A DNA stretch of 64,000 nucleotides, taken from NCBI GenBank assembly GCA_048013815.1, contig CM106585.1, positions 22,010,001 through 22,074,000 of the forward strand, in the 5' to 3' direction. The position numbers were made by a program, and so were the translations under genes. Shown piece by piece: positions 11,501 to 26,500 of the stretch. The notes under the pieces were generated by a model, which was given only the letters and a program-made list of their open reading frames with translations, was not told the origin of the DNA and made no database searches. Source of the DNA: Setoptus koraiensis (taxonomy: Eukaryota > Animalia > Arthropoda). Position 1 is the stretch's first letter; each line of letters starts with the position of its first letter.

Positions 11501-14500
11501 ATGGAACGAAAGAACAGAAACAGGAAGAAAAGCCGAGTAGACAACCGTAAGACAAAAAAAAGAAAACGAAAGGTAGATAAAGGAGAAACGAAACGGACCA
11601 GACACGGGTGAGCGAAGAAACAAGACCGCCCGAACAAGTACCGCAACAGAGACAAGAAAGTAACAACCAAACAAACAAAGAAAAGAAGAAGCCCGGGAAC
11701 AAAGCGAAAGCAGAAAGAGAGAGAGAAGAGACACAGAAACAGAAGACAGACAAGCCCAAGACCCGAAACCGCAGTAGGTGAGAGTAGAGGACGACAAAGT
11801 ACAGAAAAGAACGCGAACCGCAGCCACGGTTTTCGAAGTAGTGCAACAGCACAAAGCAAGCAGGAGTACAGACACAGAAGCAAGATAGCAAGTGAGAACG
11901 AGAACCGCCAGTAACGTGAAAGCACGACGGAGCCACGAAGACACGACGATGAAAAGGCGAGAGTAAACCGAATGAGACAAGAGCAAGAAAAACGGGAGAG
12001 CAGTCAAAGCGAAAGGGCGAGCCAGACCGAAGGGGAGAGACAAAAGAAAGAGAAAGAACAGTAGAAACCGAGTCGCAGAAAGGAAGTAAGCCAATAGAGC
12101 AGGCTAGCCGCGAAAGAAGACCAAAACAAAGAAGGTACAGGAAAAAAGAAAGAGTCGCAACACGGTCCAGCCACAGCACTGAGGATAATACGACCCGTCA
12201 ACCCCAACGACCCAGACCAACCGAACGCAGCAGCGTAGAAGAGAGAGCAGACGCAACAGAGACGTACACGCAGTACTGAAGAAGTAAAGTAAGAACCACA
12301 GAAACAACAGAAGCGACACACAGACCACGAACACGAAAGACGAAGAAAAGAAAACAAAGAGAACGCAGAAGAGAAAGGAAACAGCGAAACGACAAAAAAA
12401 GAGCAAGCCGACAGTACAGGAACGCAGAGAAACCAGTGAAAGACAACACGCAGACCAGGGCACAAGGAAAGAGTAGAGAGACAACGCGCGAGCGCGACCG
12501 GGACGACGTACACAGCGAGGGACAGCCGAGCGGAAGCCAGACGACGAACCCGAGAAAAGGGAAGGAAAAGAAAAGAAGAAAAAGGAACGCGCACAAACAA
12601 AACACAGAATAACGTAAGACGAAGGACAGGAGACAGGATGGTACAACTGAAGGGAAAGGGCCCGAACACGTAAGTCCAAGAGTCCACCCAGACGTGAGAG
12701 ACGAAGACTAACCGAACCGACATCAGACGCCAGAACAGAGCGCCCACCAAAGGAAGACGACAGTACGTGACGCCAGGTGCGCCGCCACGAGCAAGAGCGA
12801 CGTCGGAGCCCGGAGAAGTAGAACCCAGCAGAGGAGTCGACAAACCCGCCAACAGGCGAAAGAGTACAAAGAGAAGGTAGAGAACGCAGAAAGAGAAATA
12901 GAAAGACCGAAGCGACACAGACCACGAAGCCGAACACAAGAAGGAAACGAAAAAGAAAAACGCGCGACCGACCACAGCGTACGAGTCGCAGGTGAGACGA
13001 GCGCAACAGCAAGAAAGAAAGCCAGACAAGAGAAGGAACAACGAAGACGAGAAAAGAGAAAGCGAGGACGGACGGACCAGGTACAGGAAGTCGCCCACCA
13101 GACACACGAGACGTGAGCGAAGTAACAAGCACAGCGCGTTCAGACACGAAAGAAGGAAGTGAAGTGAGAGGGGAAAAAAACAGAGAAGAAGAAAAAAAAG
13201 ACACGCGCAGCCGGAGGACAACAAAAAAGAGTAACGAGAGGCACAAAAGTACAGACAAACGAGAGACACAAAAAAGTCAAGAGACCACAGAGGGCGTGCG
13301 CCTCGACCGTAGACCGCACAGGGAGCACGCAGTGAACAGACACGGACGCGCAGCAGAACACAAGAAAGGAGACGTAAGACGGAAAACGTCGCAAGAGCGA
13401 CAGCGAGTCAAGCGGGACGAACAAAAGTTGAAGACCGCGACGCAAGACAGTGCGACGCCCGCCCGTCGGTATCTAGAGAAAGGAGGCACGAAGGAGAAAG
13501 AGAAAAAAAAAACAGACGAGACGAACGTAATGCAAAACAAGGAGCAGAGTAAAAGCTAAAGCAACAGAGCAGAAAGGAAAAGGCAAACAGGGACAAGAGG
13601 AGCACCGCAACACGAGTCAAGCAACGCACGAGTAAAATGACAAAAAGAACGAGACAAAAAAAGGCGCCAGCGAAAAAGCCGGTGCTCCACGTAACGAGGC
13701 CGCACCGGAAGAAAAAGCACGGAACTGTAAGGGCACACGCGCACAAGGCGGAGAAAAAGAACACAGAGGAGCACGGACAAAATAAGACCCGACGCGACAC
13801 GCAGAGAGTAGAACAGGCGAGGACAAAAGCAAGAAAACAGACAAAAAAAGCAAAAGTGGACACGAACCGGGGACCAAACAGAGAGCAAGACACAAAGACG
13901 GCAGTAAGCAAAAGGAGAAAAACGCGAAAAGAAGGGAGCAGTGAAGTGGACGCGACGCCGGAACCAAAGTCTAGGATAGAAAGGAGGAAGACAACGTAAA
14001 GAAGAGAAAAAGCAGAGAGATCAACAACGCGAGACGGAAAGAACAAGAGAAAAGCAGAAGAGCCGCCAACAGGCACGAGAGTAAAAGAACGAAGGAAAGA
14101 GCACAGCGACACGACAAACACGTACCACCGACACGCACCACCGAAGCGAAGCAAGAGTTACAAAGCAAAATACGTAAAAAGCAAGACCAAGAGCAACGAA
14201 GCGGGAAAAGTAAAAAATAAACAAAGAAAAGCAGAAAACGGCCGAGGAGCAGCCGACGCGACAGAGGAAAAAGAAGGACGGAGCGTAAGAGCGTAGCCAG
14301 GAGGTACTGCAGTAGAGAGGCAAGAAACAGCGGAAAAAAGAAGGAAGAGTGGAAAGACAAAGATAGGAAAGACAGAAAGTAGAAGCGGACCACCAGCGCA
14401 GACAAGAAGAGCAAGAGAAGCAGACGCAAATAGGAGCACACAAAAGAGAGAAGGAGTAAAAATAGCGGGAACTGAAGGCGCGCACCGGAACAGGGTAACG

Positions 14501-17500
14501 ACAAAGAAGCGAGACGTTCGCGAGCCGACCCACAACGAACAGAAGAGAACAAAAAAGAACAATCATCGTACAGCAACAACCGAAACAAAGCGCGGAAGAG
14601 CACGACAGCCAGCAGTAGACCGACCGACGCCTGAGCGAAGTCACAGAGCAGCGCGAAAGTAGCCGAGACGAGACAGGAGAGAGCAGGAAGTAAAACAGAG
14701 GAAAAGAAAGACAACACGACACGCGTCAACAAGAGGACGCCCCAGAGTCAACAAGCGGACAGAACAGAGGTGCCCCGGACGAGACAAAAAGACGCCGCAA
14801 GGCGTCAGTACCCGCCAGTCGGTGGCACCAGAGTAGTCCGAGAGACCACAGGCCACACAACCACCACGTAAGCAAAGCAAACCCAGGAGTAACGACGCAA
14901 AACACGATCCACCAACAAGCGCACGCGGAAGACGAAGAGCGAGAAAAAAAACAAAGAGAGAAGAAGCAGTGCAAGAAAAAGCACCCGAAAAGACGACAGA
15001 AACCGAAAAACGCAACGAAACGTACAGACACAAGCACCACAACACACCGGAACCGCGTCGAGTGCAACAACCAGCAACCGCGAAGGAAACGACAAGACGG
15101 GACGAGACAGCGCGGAAGCAGAAGCGACGAGCAGCACAACCAAGAACAGTAGAAGGGTAAGAGCAGCGGAAAAGAACTAAAACCGAAGCAGCGAGAAGAG
15201 AAAAGGTACCAGCACGGAAAGCGAAAGAAGCCGAAAGTGCGAGAACCCCACAACAGAGGACCGAAGAGAAAGACACACCAAACAAAAAAAGACCTACAGT
15301 GGCGAGCCCGGAGCAAACCAGCGGACAAAAGAAGAGAAAAGAGACGAGCGCAGCGTCACTCGTGCGCGACCCACCGCAGAGTTCCCCCGGCGCAAGGAAG
15401 AGTAACACGCAAAAGCGAAAGCCAGCGCAGAAGAAGCCAGACATAAAGAAAGAAGACGTAAGAAGTGACGACGAGTGGACAAACAAAGAAAACGACATGC
15501 GGGCAGTACGCGACGACACGACCTCAGACCGAGCGTCAAAACGAGAGAGCCCCCCTACTCAGACAAGCGAGACAACAGAGAAAAGACGACGGGCCGAGCG
15601 AACCCCCCCAAACGCAGGCGCAGCACGCAACGAAGACGGCAGCAGGAAAAAAGAGGAAGAAAGGAAACGACGAAGAAACGCATAGCGACCCTGAGGCAAG
15701 AGTCGAAGAAAAACAACTCGAAACAAGTGACAAGCACAGCGAAAGAGAGTAAGAGCGCGGGAGAAAGAAAGAAAGAAGTAAAACAGCAAGACCGACCAGC
15801 AACGCAAGAAAAGACAGAGAGGACGAAAATAGCCGAAAAGACGAAGTAAGTAGTAGAGATCGAAGACAGCCGCAACAGTCAGCCAACCAGAACCAAAGTA
15901 AGAGCAGAAGAAAGAGAACGTAGAAAGAGAGAAGAACAGAAAAAACACGCGACCCCGAAAGACAAAGGTCAGAGAAGATGCAAGCACAGGAGTGAAGCGA
16001 AGCAGGAACAGGCAAGAGGTAACTAAAGCGCGAGACGCAGACCAGCAGCAAGACAAGAAGAACAAGACGAAAAGGAGCAAGAGAAGAGAAAGGCAGGCAA
16101 AGAACACCAACACGGCATCACACCAGGAAGGCAACGGAGAAAAACCCGACAAAAACAGAGAAGTGACGAGAGAGAAAGACACAAACGCCAGACAAAGAAC
16201 ACGGACAGAGAGCGAGGACAGAGACCGTAAGAAGCAGACGAAGACGAAAGAGCAGACAAAGAGGAGCAAACCAGACCTGGTGAGCAACCCAGCCGAGCGG
16301 CACCGAGAGCGCAAAAGAGAGAAACGGCGCAGTGCGACGCGCGCCGAAGAGCAGTCAAGAGCAAGAAGCCGCAAGTAAAGAGAGACAGAAGGCAGAAGGA
16401 GTAAACACACCACCGACAGCGCGAAGTAAGCGACAAGTAAGTGAAACACGCGCACACGACGAGAACGCCCGCCAAAAGAAGAAACACAACAGCGCAGTGC
16501 CGCAGGAAAGAAAAGTGAACAGAGAAGCAAAAGCAAACGTAGTAGAAGAACGAAAGGAGACACAAAAGCCAACCGCGACCACGAGAAAGTGAAGGAAAGT
16601 CACTACACGAACGAAACAGAGACAGACAAGATCAGGACACGAGAAGACCGGTAAGTGACGGAACGCGTAAAGAAGCACAAAGGAGAAGAAACGAAGAAGA
16701 GAAAAGAGGTACAAAGAACGTGAGTGAGAAGCCAAGCACGCGCAGACAACAACGAAAAGAAAAGAGAAGCGCGGATATTCCAACAAGTGCACAGAGCGCG
16801 CAACAAAAAGGACGCACACGCACCGGAAGACGCAGACCGAGTGAGAAAAAAGCAGGAAGAACAACCAAGAGAGGAAAAAGGCAACACCCGCAGCAGACGC
16901 GGACGACCAAAACGAGCGCAACAGAAAGAACGACGAGCAAGAGAACGAAGCGTCAGTCAAGACAGCACCAAAGAGAGCAGAAGAAAAGAGGACAGAAAGG
17001 AAGAGAAGACACGACAGGAGAAGAAAGAAGAACGAAAACAAGAGAAAGACAGAAAGCATAAGTCGCGAAACAGGAAGGAAACGGAGAAGTCGCGAGGACA
17101 CAGAGCACAAAAGAAGCAGTAGAAGCCAGAAGAAAGGAAACCAGAATAAAGAAGCACAAAGACAAAAGACCAAGAGAGAAGTAGAGACGACAGAGAGCAG
17201 CAGACCAGAGAAGCGACGAAAGCAGAAGTAAGCCGAAAAAACGAGACGAGCAGTGAAAGAGAGACCACGACCGTGCGCGAACCGAAAGCAGACGAAGTAC
17301 ACGGGAAGCGAACGCAACTACGCGCGAGGCAACCAGGAAACGAAGAACACCGACAAAGAGACAGACCGAGCCAAGACCCACAGGCACGAGAAACAAGAGC
17401 AAGTAATAAGGAGCACGAACAAGAGGCAGCCACCGCAGAGAGAAAAGACAAAACAAACAGAGAAAGAAAACGAGACAGGAAGCAGACGACGAAGCCCGTA

Positions 17501-20500
17501 CCGAGACACGCAGACAAGGAAAGAAAGAAGCAGAGGCACAGGGAAGAACAAAGAGTGAACAACGAGACAAAGAGGAGAAGCGGAGACCAGCGAGAGTGAT
17601 TAAGAAACGCAGAAGAGGAACGAAGACAAACGCAGAAAAGAATGGTACAGCGACGACCCAATAGAGCGAGGACAGAGAACGCAGCGCCGACCCGACCGGA
17701 CGCGGCATACCACGTACCACCGAAAGACGAACAAAAAAGACACGTAAGTAAACAGGAAACGAAAGTGCCGGCGGCACCACGAGCGAAAGACACACGAGTC
17801 CACAGCACACGGAGTAGCAGTAAAGTTCCGAAAGAGACGTAAACGAGCAAAGCAGAAGTGACTAGACAGAACGAGAGCCGCACGAAGAGAAAGACAAGAG
17901 CAAAGAGAGAGGAACACGACAAGGGCGATAGCAGCAGCAGTCACGCCACCCGGACGCACGCTCGGAAAAAAGAGACAAGGAAAGAAACGACACGAACAAT
18001 CACCCAAGAGCGAAACCGCCCCGTTCGAACAGTAAGCGACAGTAAGTAATCGCACGGGCGAAGAAGCAAGAAGAACGCAGAAGAGCAGAAGAAGCGCAGA
18101 GAACGAGCAGAGTGGCAGCAACGCGCACAGCACAGAAAAGGAAGCAAACGAAAGAGAGAACAGTCGCAGCCAGAGCCACGCACGTGCCAGCGCGGCCCAC
18201 AGAAAATGAGACAGAAACAGAAAGATAAGAGACGAGAGGAAGTAACAGGAAGTAGAGGAAACACAGAGCTGGGAGAAAACGGAGAGAAAAACGACGAAAG
18301 AGAGCCAGGAGAAAGAGTGAAGTAAGAGGCACGAAGAACGAACGAGAAAAGGATCAGCGCGAAACGACCAGAAAGACGCAGCCAGTGAAAACGCAACACA
18401 GAAAAGAATAGGAAGAGAGAGAAGGAAAGAAAGACAAGACACGACGCCTAACGACCACACAAAGAGAAGAGAAAGAGAGACAGAGTAAGAACAGCGACAA
18501 AAAAAGAGCAAAGGAAGCAAGAAAACGGGAAGAAGAGAAGTAAGACACGACAATAGAGAGGAAGAAGATCAGAGGAGAGAACCAGAGAACGAGGGCACGA
18601 AACCCCGCAACTGCCGGCGTAACAAGCCGACAGCAGTGCCGAGAAGAAGAACCAAAAGAGCAAAAGAAAAACGAGAGACAAAGCGTAAAACGAACAGAAG
18701 AGAGAATGAGATCGTTAAAAAAAACAAAGTTGAGGAGGTAGAAAGGTAAAGAAGCACGATCAGAAAAAAACCCAAAGTAACACAGCAGAAGTAGAAAAGG
18801 GAACAACGGAGAAAAGCAAAGATAAGAGAAAAAAAAGTAGAAGCGAAGGCAGCAGTAGAAACAAAGAAAGCAAGCACGAAAGACGAAAGAGGGGGGCAAG
18901 ACGTAACGCACCAGCGAAACAAACGTAAAAGACCGGCCAAAAATAGAAGAGCGAGACGAAGCGGCACCCCCAAGACACACAAAAACGAGAGACAGAGAGA
19001 AGGGAGGAGCACGTGAAACCAAATAGCCGCAGACGAGACAGTACGCAAAAGCACAGCGCAGCACAAGAGAACCAAGTGGCAAGAACAACAGTGCACCCAA
19101 CCGTCGCCAGCTCCAGCGACCAAAACGGGAAAAGAAGCGAAGAACAGGCAGAACACCCGACAAAAAAGTGCGCACAGCCCGAGGAAGTAGGACAGCAGCA
19201 ACCGAGGATGAGACAGGCCGACGACGCCAGTTCACAACGACAACTGAGAAAGGGCACTAAGAACGCGAGCAGAACGCCTAAACGTCCGCCCGAAGCAGAG
19301 GAAGACAAGAGCAAAGAAAGCAACGAAGAAAAAAGAGAAAAGACACGCGAAGGACAGACGGAGAAGAGGACGACGCAAAGAAGCAGAGACAGCATAAGGA
19401 GAAACAAGCCCCGTAAGGAAGAAGCGGGCAGGACGAGCAGAAGGAAAGAGCAGCATACACAAGAGCCGTAACCCACGCGAGAAGAATAACGAAGACACAC
19501 GTAAGACGAGCCCGCGTCGTGGAGGAGACCGAAGGAACGAGAAACAGACGTAAAAGTAGAAAGAACGGAAGAGCGGGGAAGAAAGAGAGCGCAAAGTGAA
19601 ACCGAAAGTCAAAAAAGGTCAGCAAGAGAGTAAAAGAGAACGAAGCCAACGAAGCAGCAGAAAGAAATACAGGAGGAAGAAGAAGGTTGAGAACGAAAGA
19701 CAAAACGAGAAAGGTAAAGAACAAGAAGAATAAGACAGGAAAAGGTACGGAACGAACAAAGAAGTGAAAGAACAAAATGAGGTAGACAACAGCACCACAA
19801 AGAACAAGCGAAGACGAAAAGTGGACGCAGAAGACGTAAAGAAGTAAACGAACAAACCAGAAAAAAAGGAAAAAAACGAGAGGTGAGAACGCAAAAAACA
19901 AGGAAGGAAGGAGACGAAAAGACGAAGAAAGAATGACAGGAAGAAAAAAAGGCAGACAAGAGGCGAGGAAGTACAGTTGAGCGCCAGAAGAAACAGGAAC
20001 CGCGCGCCACGACCTACGAGGAGACAGACGGCGACCGAGAGAAAGAGAAGCTCAAACCAGAACAAGAGTCAGAGCACCGAACGTAAACACCAACGCCAGT
20101 GGAGAGAAAGCGAGCAGTTCAAAAGAGGTACGAAGGAGAGACAGTCGCCAGAACAAGCGGAAGAAACAGATCAAAAGTGCAGAGGACGACCAAAGACAGA
20201 AGCGACGCAAAAAACCCACCGAACAAACAAGACAGCGCGAAAGCAAGACCAGAAAGACAACGAAAAGGAGTCCCGTAGAAGCAAAGGCGCGAAACGGAAG
20301 AACCGGCTGCGACAGAAGAAAAGGCTCGGCGACAGGCAAAGAGAGCAAGTACGCAGTAGAGCCGCACAGTCGGCGTCGAGCCCAAAGCGAACGAGCCCAA
20401 AAAAGATGAGGCAAGATAGAGAAAAACAGAAGACAGAAAAAGACAGAGCAAAACGAAGAAGAAGGATCACACCATAGCCGGAGACAATAAACAGAACACG

Positions 20501-23500
20501 CAGAGCACGAGACTACCAGCAGAAAAAAAAACGAGGGAGTAGAAGGAGACCGTAAAAACAACGAAACCGGCAGGAAAAGCCCGTAGTAAAACGCGCCGAG
20601 CGAAAACCAGACGAGAAACACAAGAGGTCAAAGATAGAGAACCCGCAGAAGCGGCAGAAGACCGCGCGGAACAACGTGAAGAAGACGTCGACAAAAGTAA
20701 GGAACAGTAGTGAAAACGAAACAAAGACAGACGAGTCAGAGAAAAGTAAGAAAAGAAGGACAGAGAAGGAGAAGACCAGAGAACGAGAGACAAGTAGTAG
20801 TGACGAAAGTGAAAAGAAGACCGAAGTTGAGTAGCAGGCAGAACAGCAAAAAGAACAAGAAGTGACAGAGAACGAGAACCCGAAAACAAAAGGAGCAACG
20901 AGACAAACAGACACAACGAAACAAAAGAGAAAGAGCGAAACTGCACGACGACAGAGGCCAGAGACCGCAGACGCAACAGCACAGTCACGAAGAGCAGACG
21001 ACCAAACTAACGACGAGCAGAGAAGAACCAAACCAGCCGAAGCGCAACGCAAAGGGGGAACAAAATAAACAGGAACAACACGAAACACGGCAGGAGGCCA
21101 CAGTGAGTCAAAGGGTAAACATACGTAGAGAAAGAAGAAGAACAGAGGACGGCGGGCAAGGCGCGAAGCAGAAGGAAAGGGCCGTACTCAGAAGTCGCAC
21201 GGCCAGAAGAAGACAGAGTACAGACCAAGACCACAAAATACACAGACGAGAGAGCAGCAAGCAAGAGCAAAGAAGAAGCGGAGCACACGAAAAGGAAGTA
21301 GCACCTCGAACGCACGACGCGAGGAGCGGAAGACCAAAAGCAGCACGAGCGAAAACACGTGAAGTAAAGGCAGAAAACAGAGCAAGACGCACCAGTAGGA
21401 GACAGAAACGGAGGAAAGTACAGAGCGCGCGTCAGGTAAAGACCGTAGAGTCGCACCACAGACGAGACCGTCCCGTAAAAAAGAAAGGAGAGATAAAGAA
21501 ATCCAAAACCAACCCCAACAGCGAGAACAGCGACAGTAACCGTGGAAGGAGTCACAAAAACAGAAGGAGCAAAGAGAGTCAACAGAGAAACAGCGGAGAG
21601 CGTGGAAAAAGAGCAAGACAAAGACGACGGCAAGTGAAGAAGAAAAGCAGGGCACCCGAGAAAACAGAGCCAGGGAAAAGCGAAAAAGTAAAGGCAGAGA
21701 ATGAGGACAGCAACTAAAGAAGAGACACACGAGCAAAGAAAGCAGCAAACGGAGAAGGCGCACGGACCCCGTACGAGAAGATAGTGGAGAAAACGCAGAG
21801 AGCTAGAAGAAAGTGAGTCGACAGAGACGAGAAGAAACGCCAGCAGGGCCCGAAGACTAGAGAGATAACACGGAAAACGAAGTAGACACAGCAGAAAACG
21901 GCGAGAAAGAGTAAGAAACAAGAAGAAAGGGAGCGAGCGCGCGAGAAAGCAAAGAAAAAGAGAGGAAGAAAAGAATACGACAGAGAAGAGCAAAACAGAG
22001 ACGAAATCACCGGCGTCAAAGGAAATCAACGGAGAGAAACGAGCCAGACACACGTAAAAAGCAGAGCGACGACCGAGTACACCGTCAAAACGAGAAAGAG
22101 GACAAAAAGAGAGAAAAAAGCATGAAGCAGACGAAGACAACAAAAGCAGGAGGAGGAGACACGACACAAGAAAGAGAGCCTGTGAAGAGCAGCACGAAAA
22201 AAACGAGCGAAAGACAAAAAAAAAAGGAAAAGAGTGCACGAGAAAGAGAGAAAAACAGAGTAGTGAAGAGAAAGTAAGAGAGTAAAGACACGAGAGACGA
22301 AGAAAAAACCTTAAAAGGTAGAAGAAGGAGAAGAGCAAGTAAAAAAAAGAGCAAAAGAACGAGGAGAGAACAGAGGGAGAAGTATAACCAAACGCAGCGC
22401 AAAGACCAAGAGAAGAGAAGAAGAACAGCGCCGTTATTAGGCAGTAGCAACGCACAGTAGACGACGAGCCGACGGCAAACACGGCGCAAACAAGAGCAAC
22501 AAAGAAGCACACACAGAAGGCACAAACGAGGAAACGACAAAGCCACGGTGCAAGACGACGTCGGCGACGGACAACTAGCGCACCCCCACAGCGGCTGTCT
22601 CAACCCCAGAATAAAGAGAGAAAACGCACGACGGCGACACTAGTAAGCAAGAGCAGACAAGCACGTAGGTAGCGAGCCAGCGCTCAGAGTAGAGAAGTGC
22701 GCACACCGTCAAGTAAACGCGAGACAAGTAAAGTAGAGAGCAGGAGACGAAGAAAAGAACGACAACGAAAACCGCAGAGAAGTAGGTTAAGCAACAGCGA
22801 ACCGCCCGAAGAAGAGAGAGAAAAAAGAGCTAGTGCAACAAGAAGCACACAGAAGAGAGCAGGAAAGAAGTATGAGGACAGTCGAAACGAGAAAGGAGTG
22901 AGAAGTAGCGAAAGAACGACGCCCAAGCAGGTACAAGACCTAAGAAAAAGAACCAGTGCAAAGTGAAGCACGCGAGAGAAGCAGAGTCGTACACACACGA
23001 AAGACAGGAATGGAGTGACGTAGCAAAAACGGCGTGAAGGAGTGAAGCAAAGGAACAAGAGGCAGGAGAGCACACCGCCGCTCAGGAAAGCGCGACCCCA
23101 CGAAGAGGAGAAGGACGCCGAGGCGAGAGGAGTAAACCGAAAGAAATACCGCCGCAGAGCTAAGAGGCAAAGTGAAAGACCACCGAACGCGACAGAAGCG
23201 AGAACCAAGGGACAAAGCACACGACGGACGCAGAGAGAGACTCAGGAAGAAGTGAAGAAAAGCGTGCGCAACAAAAACGAGAACAGACGAGAGGGTGGGG
23301 GGGGACGGCAGCGAGAAGTGGAGCAAAGACAGAAAAACAAAGAGAGGGAAACAAACAACGTAAAGAGGAAACGACCGATATACACGTAAAAACCGAGGCG
23401 AGGTAGACAACGAGCAGCGAGGAGGAGATCGGCAGGAAGAGACCCCACTCCCACCCAGTAGCCAGGAGCAAGAAACAAAGCATGCAAAACACGAAGCGAC

Positions 23501-26500
23501 ACCCAGGAGCAAGAAGACGAAGAAGAGCACGACGCGCCAGCGCACAGAAGCCAAAAAAGTAGAGAAGCGACACGAAACAGCCGCACGCAACACGTAGAAG
23601 GACGCACACCGAACAAGGCGCGAGCAGCAACGCGGGACGAACAAAGTCAGACCGACACCAAACAGCCAGACAGAGCAGTAGAGACAAGTGAGAGGTCAAA
23701 AAGACAAGCAAACAGGCAGGGAGCCGTACCAAGGCACGCGAGAGAGAGCGAAGACAGAAGCAGCTGACGAGAGTTAAGAAAACAGCGCCGTACGACAAGC
23801 AAACCACAACAGAGGCCGCAGGGGAAGCAAGCCCAAGAGCAGCAAACAAGCAGAAAGAAAAAGAAGTACGACGCACGCGACAGTACGACAAAGACACAAC
23901 TGACACAGAAGACGTTCAGAGAACGCGCCCGCAAAGGCGCGAGACGAAGACGAGAAGAAGAAGACAGCCAATAGACAAGGCAACAGACCCCCGCGAACGA
24001 AGAGACAAAAGAAAAAGAAAACAAAAAGCCAAACGACCAAGAAAAAGAACGAAAAAAAGAGGACAACACGTAACGACCGCCCACCGGAACAAGCCGCGTA
24101 GAGCAGAAACAACACCGAGCAAAGAGGACAGAGTTACAAGTGAGCGAAGAAGCACAGCACGAAATAAGACAAACCAGAAGGAAAAGGAGAAAGGGTCGAG
24201 AGACAGACCACGGCACGACACGCACCGCCGTACAACGCCGGGCCCGCCCAAAACGAACAGCGAAGCGCCCTCAACAAGAGACAGAAGAACGGTACCGAAC
24301 GTAACGAACGACAAGGGAGCACAGGAGCCGACAAGAGCCGTGCAGACAGAACAGCCAGCCTCCGCGGCAGATGAAAACCAGGAAAAGAGAAGAGGAAGCC
24401 AGGAACGACAGTAGTGAAAACAGAGCAAGGCCGAACGCAAAGAAACGACCGCGTTACAGAGTGCGACACGCGAGCAGACAGAAACGAAAAAGCGACAACC
24501 CAGGTCAGCGAGCACGCGCGGCGAAGCAGCGCGAGAAGAAGAGAGAGAAGGGGGACAACACGTCAGAACAGTAAGCGGAGAAGGACTCCGAGAGCCCGAC
24601 GCCAACGCGTAAGAGAGAAGAAGACGCGCCCCGGGTGACAGCGCGCTAAGCACGACGGCGCACAAGAGTAGCCCACGAGGACCAGCAGCCGTACGACACG
24701 CGGCGCTAGAAAGGACCCAGCCACCACCGCGAGACACGAGCTAGCGAAGCAAGAGAGCGTACGTAGGGAAACAAGAACGACCCCGAGTACAACAACACAA
24801 CAGACGCTAGGACAAGCGAACGCCCGCAACCCACAACCACAGCCACGCGACCGCACGCAGACGACAGAGCCAAAAAAGCGTGCAAGGGTCCACCGCGCGA
24901 ACACACCAGAAAGGATAAGTAAGAGGTAAAAAAAGAACAGAAAGAAGAGCAGAAGAAAAAGCACGCACCGGCGACCCGCCCACCGACGGGGGCCGACATC
25001 GCCCAACAACAGAAGAGACGCACAAAAGCGCGAACGGACACGAAAAGATCGAACGGCCGAAGGAGGGGAAGCAAGAGAGAGAACAGACACGCAAGAACAA
25101 GCAACCGAACGACGTAAGAAGACCACGTAAAGAGAGAGCGACAGAGGCAAGGAAAGCATTCGGAGAGTAACGGAGAGAGACGAACGCAGGACGACCAACC
25201 CAGCACCGCACGCGCCCACACGAATGCACCGAACAAGAAAGACGAGCGAAAAAGACAACAGTAAAAGTAGGAAGAGGTGTCCGTCGTGCTAACAGCAGAC
25301 ACGTGTGCCGTCACGCTCAGACGAAGACACGAGTAGGAGAAAGCACAGCCCGAGGAAGCGAAAACTCAGAAAGACCACACAAAACAACCGCGAAAGAGAG
25401 TAAGCAGAGCTGTAAAAAAAAAGAGACAGCGCGAAAAAACAAGACAAGCACGCACAGCAAAGAGCCGAAAGGAAACGAAGAAGCACAGCAGAAAAAAGCA
25501 CAAGCGAGAGCACCCACAGGAAAACAGGAAGAAGCGAAACAATAAAGCAAGAAGACCAGAGAAACGAAAAAACGAGAAACCGAAGTTCCAAAGTAGTAAG
25601 AAGGAGACAAAACGAGCCGAAATAAACAAAAGCGGAGTAGACAGCAAAAGAAGGAAACAGAGTAAGTAGAGAGAAAAAGACGACCGTAGAGCAAGACCGA
25701 AAGAAGACGAAAGAGAAAGAGAAAGTGAAAAAGAAGCACGAAAAGAGAACGCACAAGGACAAGCGGAACAGAGCAACGTGCAAAGGCGTAACGCAGCAGG
25801 GCCCCAGCGTAAGAAAAAGTAAAAAAGAAACAAACAAGGAGAAGAGTCAGTTAAACGGACCAAGCAAGCAAAACGTGAAAGCGAAAGCAGGCACACAACA
25901 CACACCGGACCCAGCCCCAGCCGGCACCCCGACGAAAACTGGACATGAGAAAGAAGGAGAGAAAGAGAGTGAAGACAAGCAAGAGAAAACAAAGAAGCAC
26001 GACCCAGGAAACAGGACAAACGGCGAGAACGAAGTAGACTCAAGAGACAGTGAACACGACAGGTGATAGATCGTAAGAACGTACGTAAGAAGAAAGAGGA
26101 AGGGCAAAAGAGAAAGACAAGTGACACCCACGAAAACGAAGAGCCCACAGAGGACCAGAGAGGTGGGCGACAGAGACAAAGGCCACCAGAGCGACGTTTG
26201 CAAGCCGGAACAGATAGACGAAACACATAGTCCGCACAGAGCACAAGAAACGACAGCGCCGAGCGAAAGGAACAAGGACCGGGAGGGAGAGCAAGTAACC
26301 AAGAAACGAGCCCCAAAAAGCCGGACAACGAAGGAAGTGACGCAGCACACGCAAGACCGCAAACGTAGAACGAAAACGAGAGAACCCCGAGCGTAGGAGA
26401 GCGCCGACGCAAGAGACGAACAAAAATGAACAAGAGAACAAAAATAGAGTACGCCGGAGAGCCACAGTGCGAAGACGGAATTAGACTAGAAAAAGCAGCT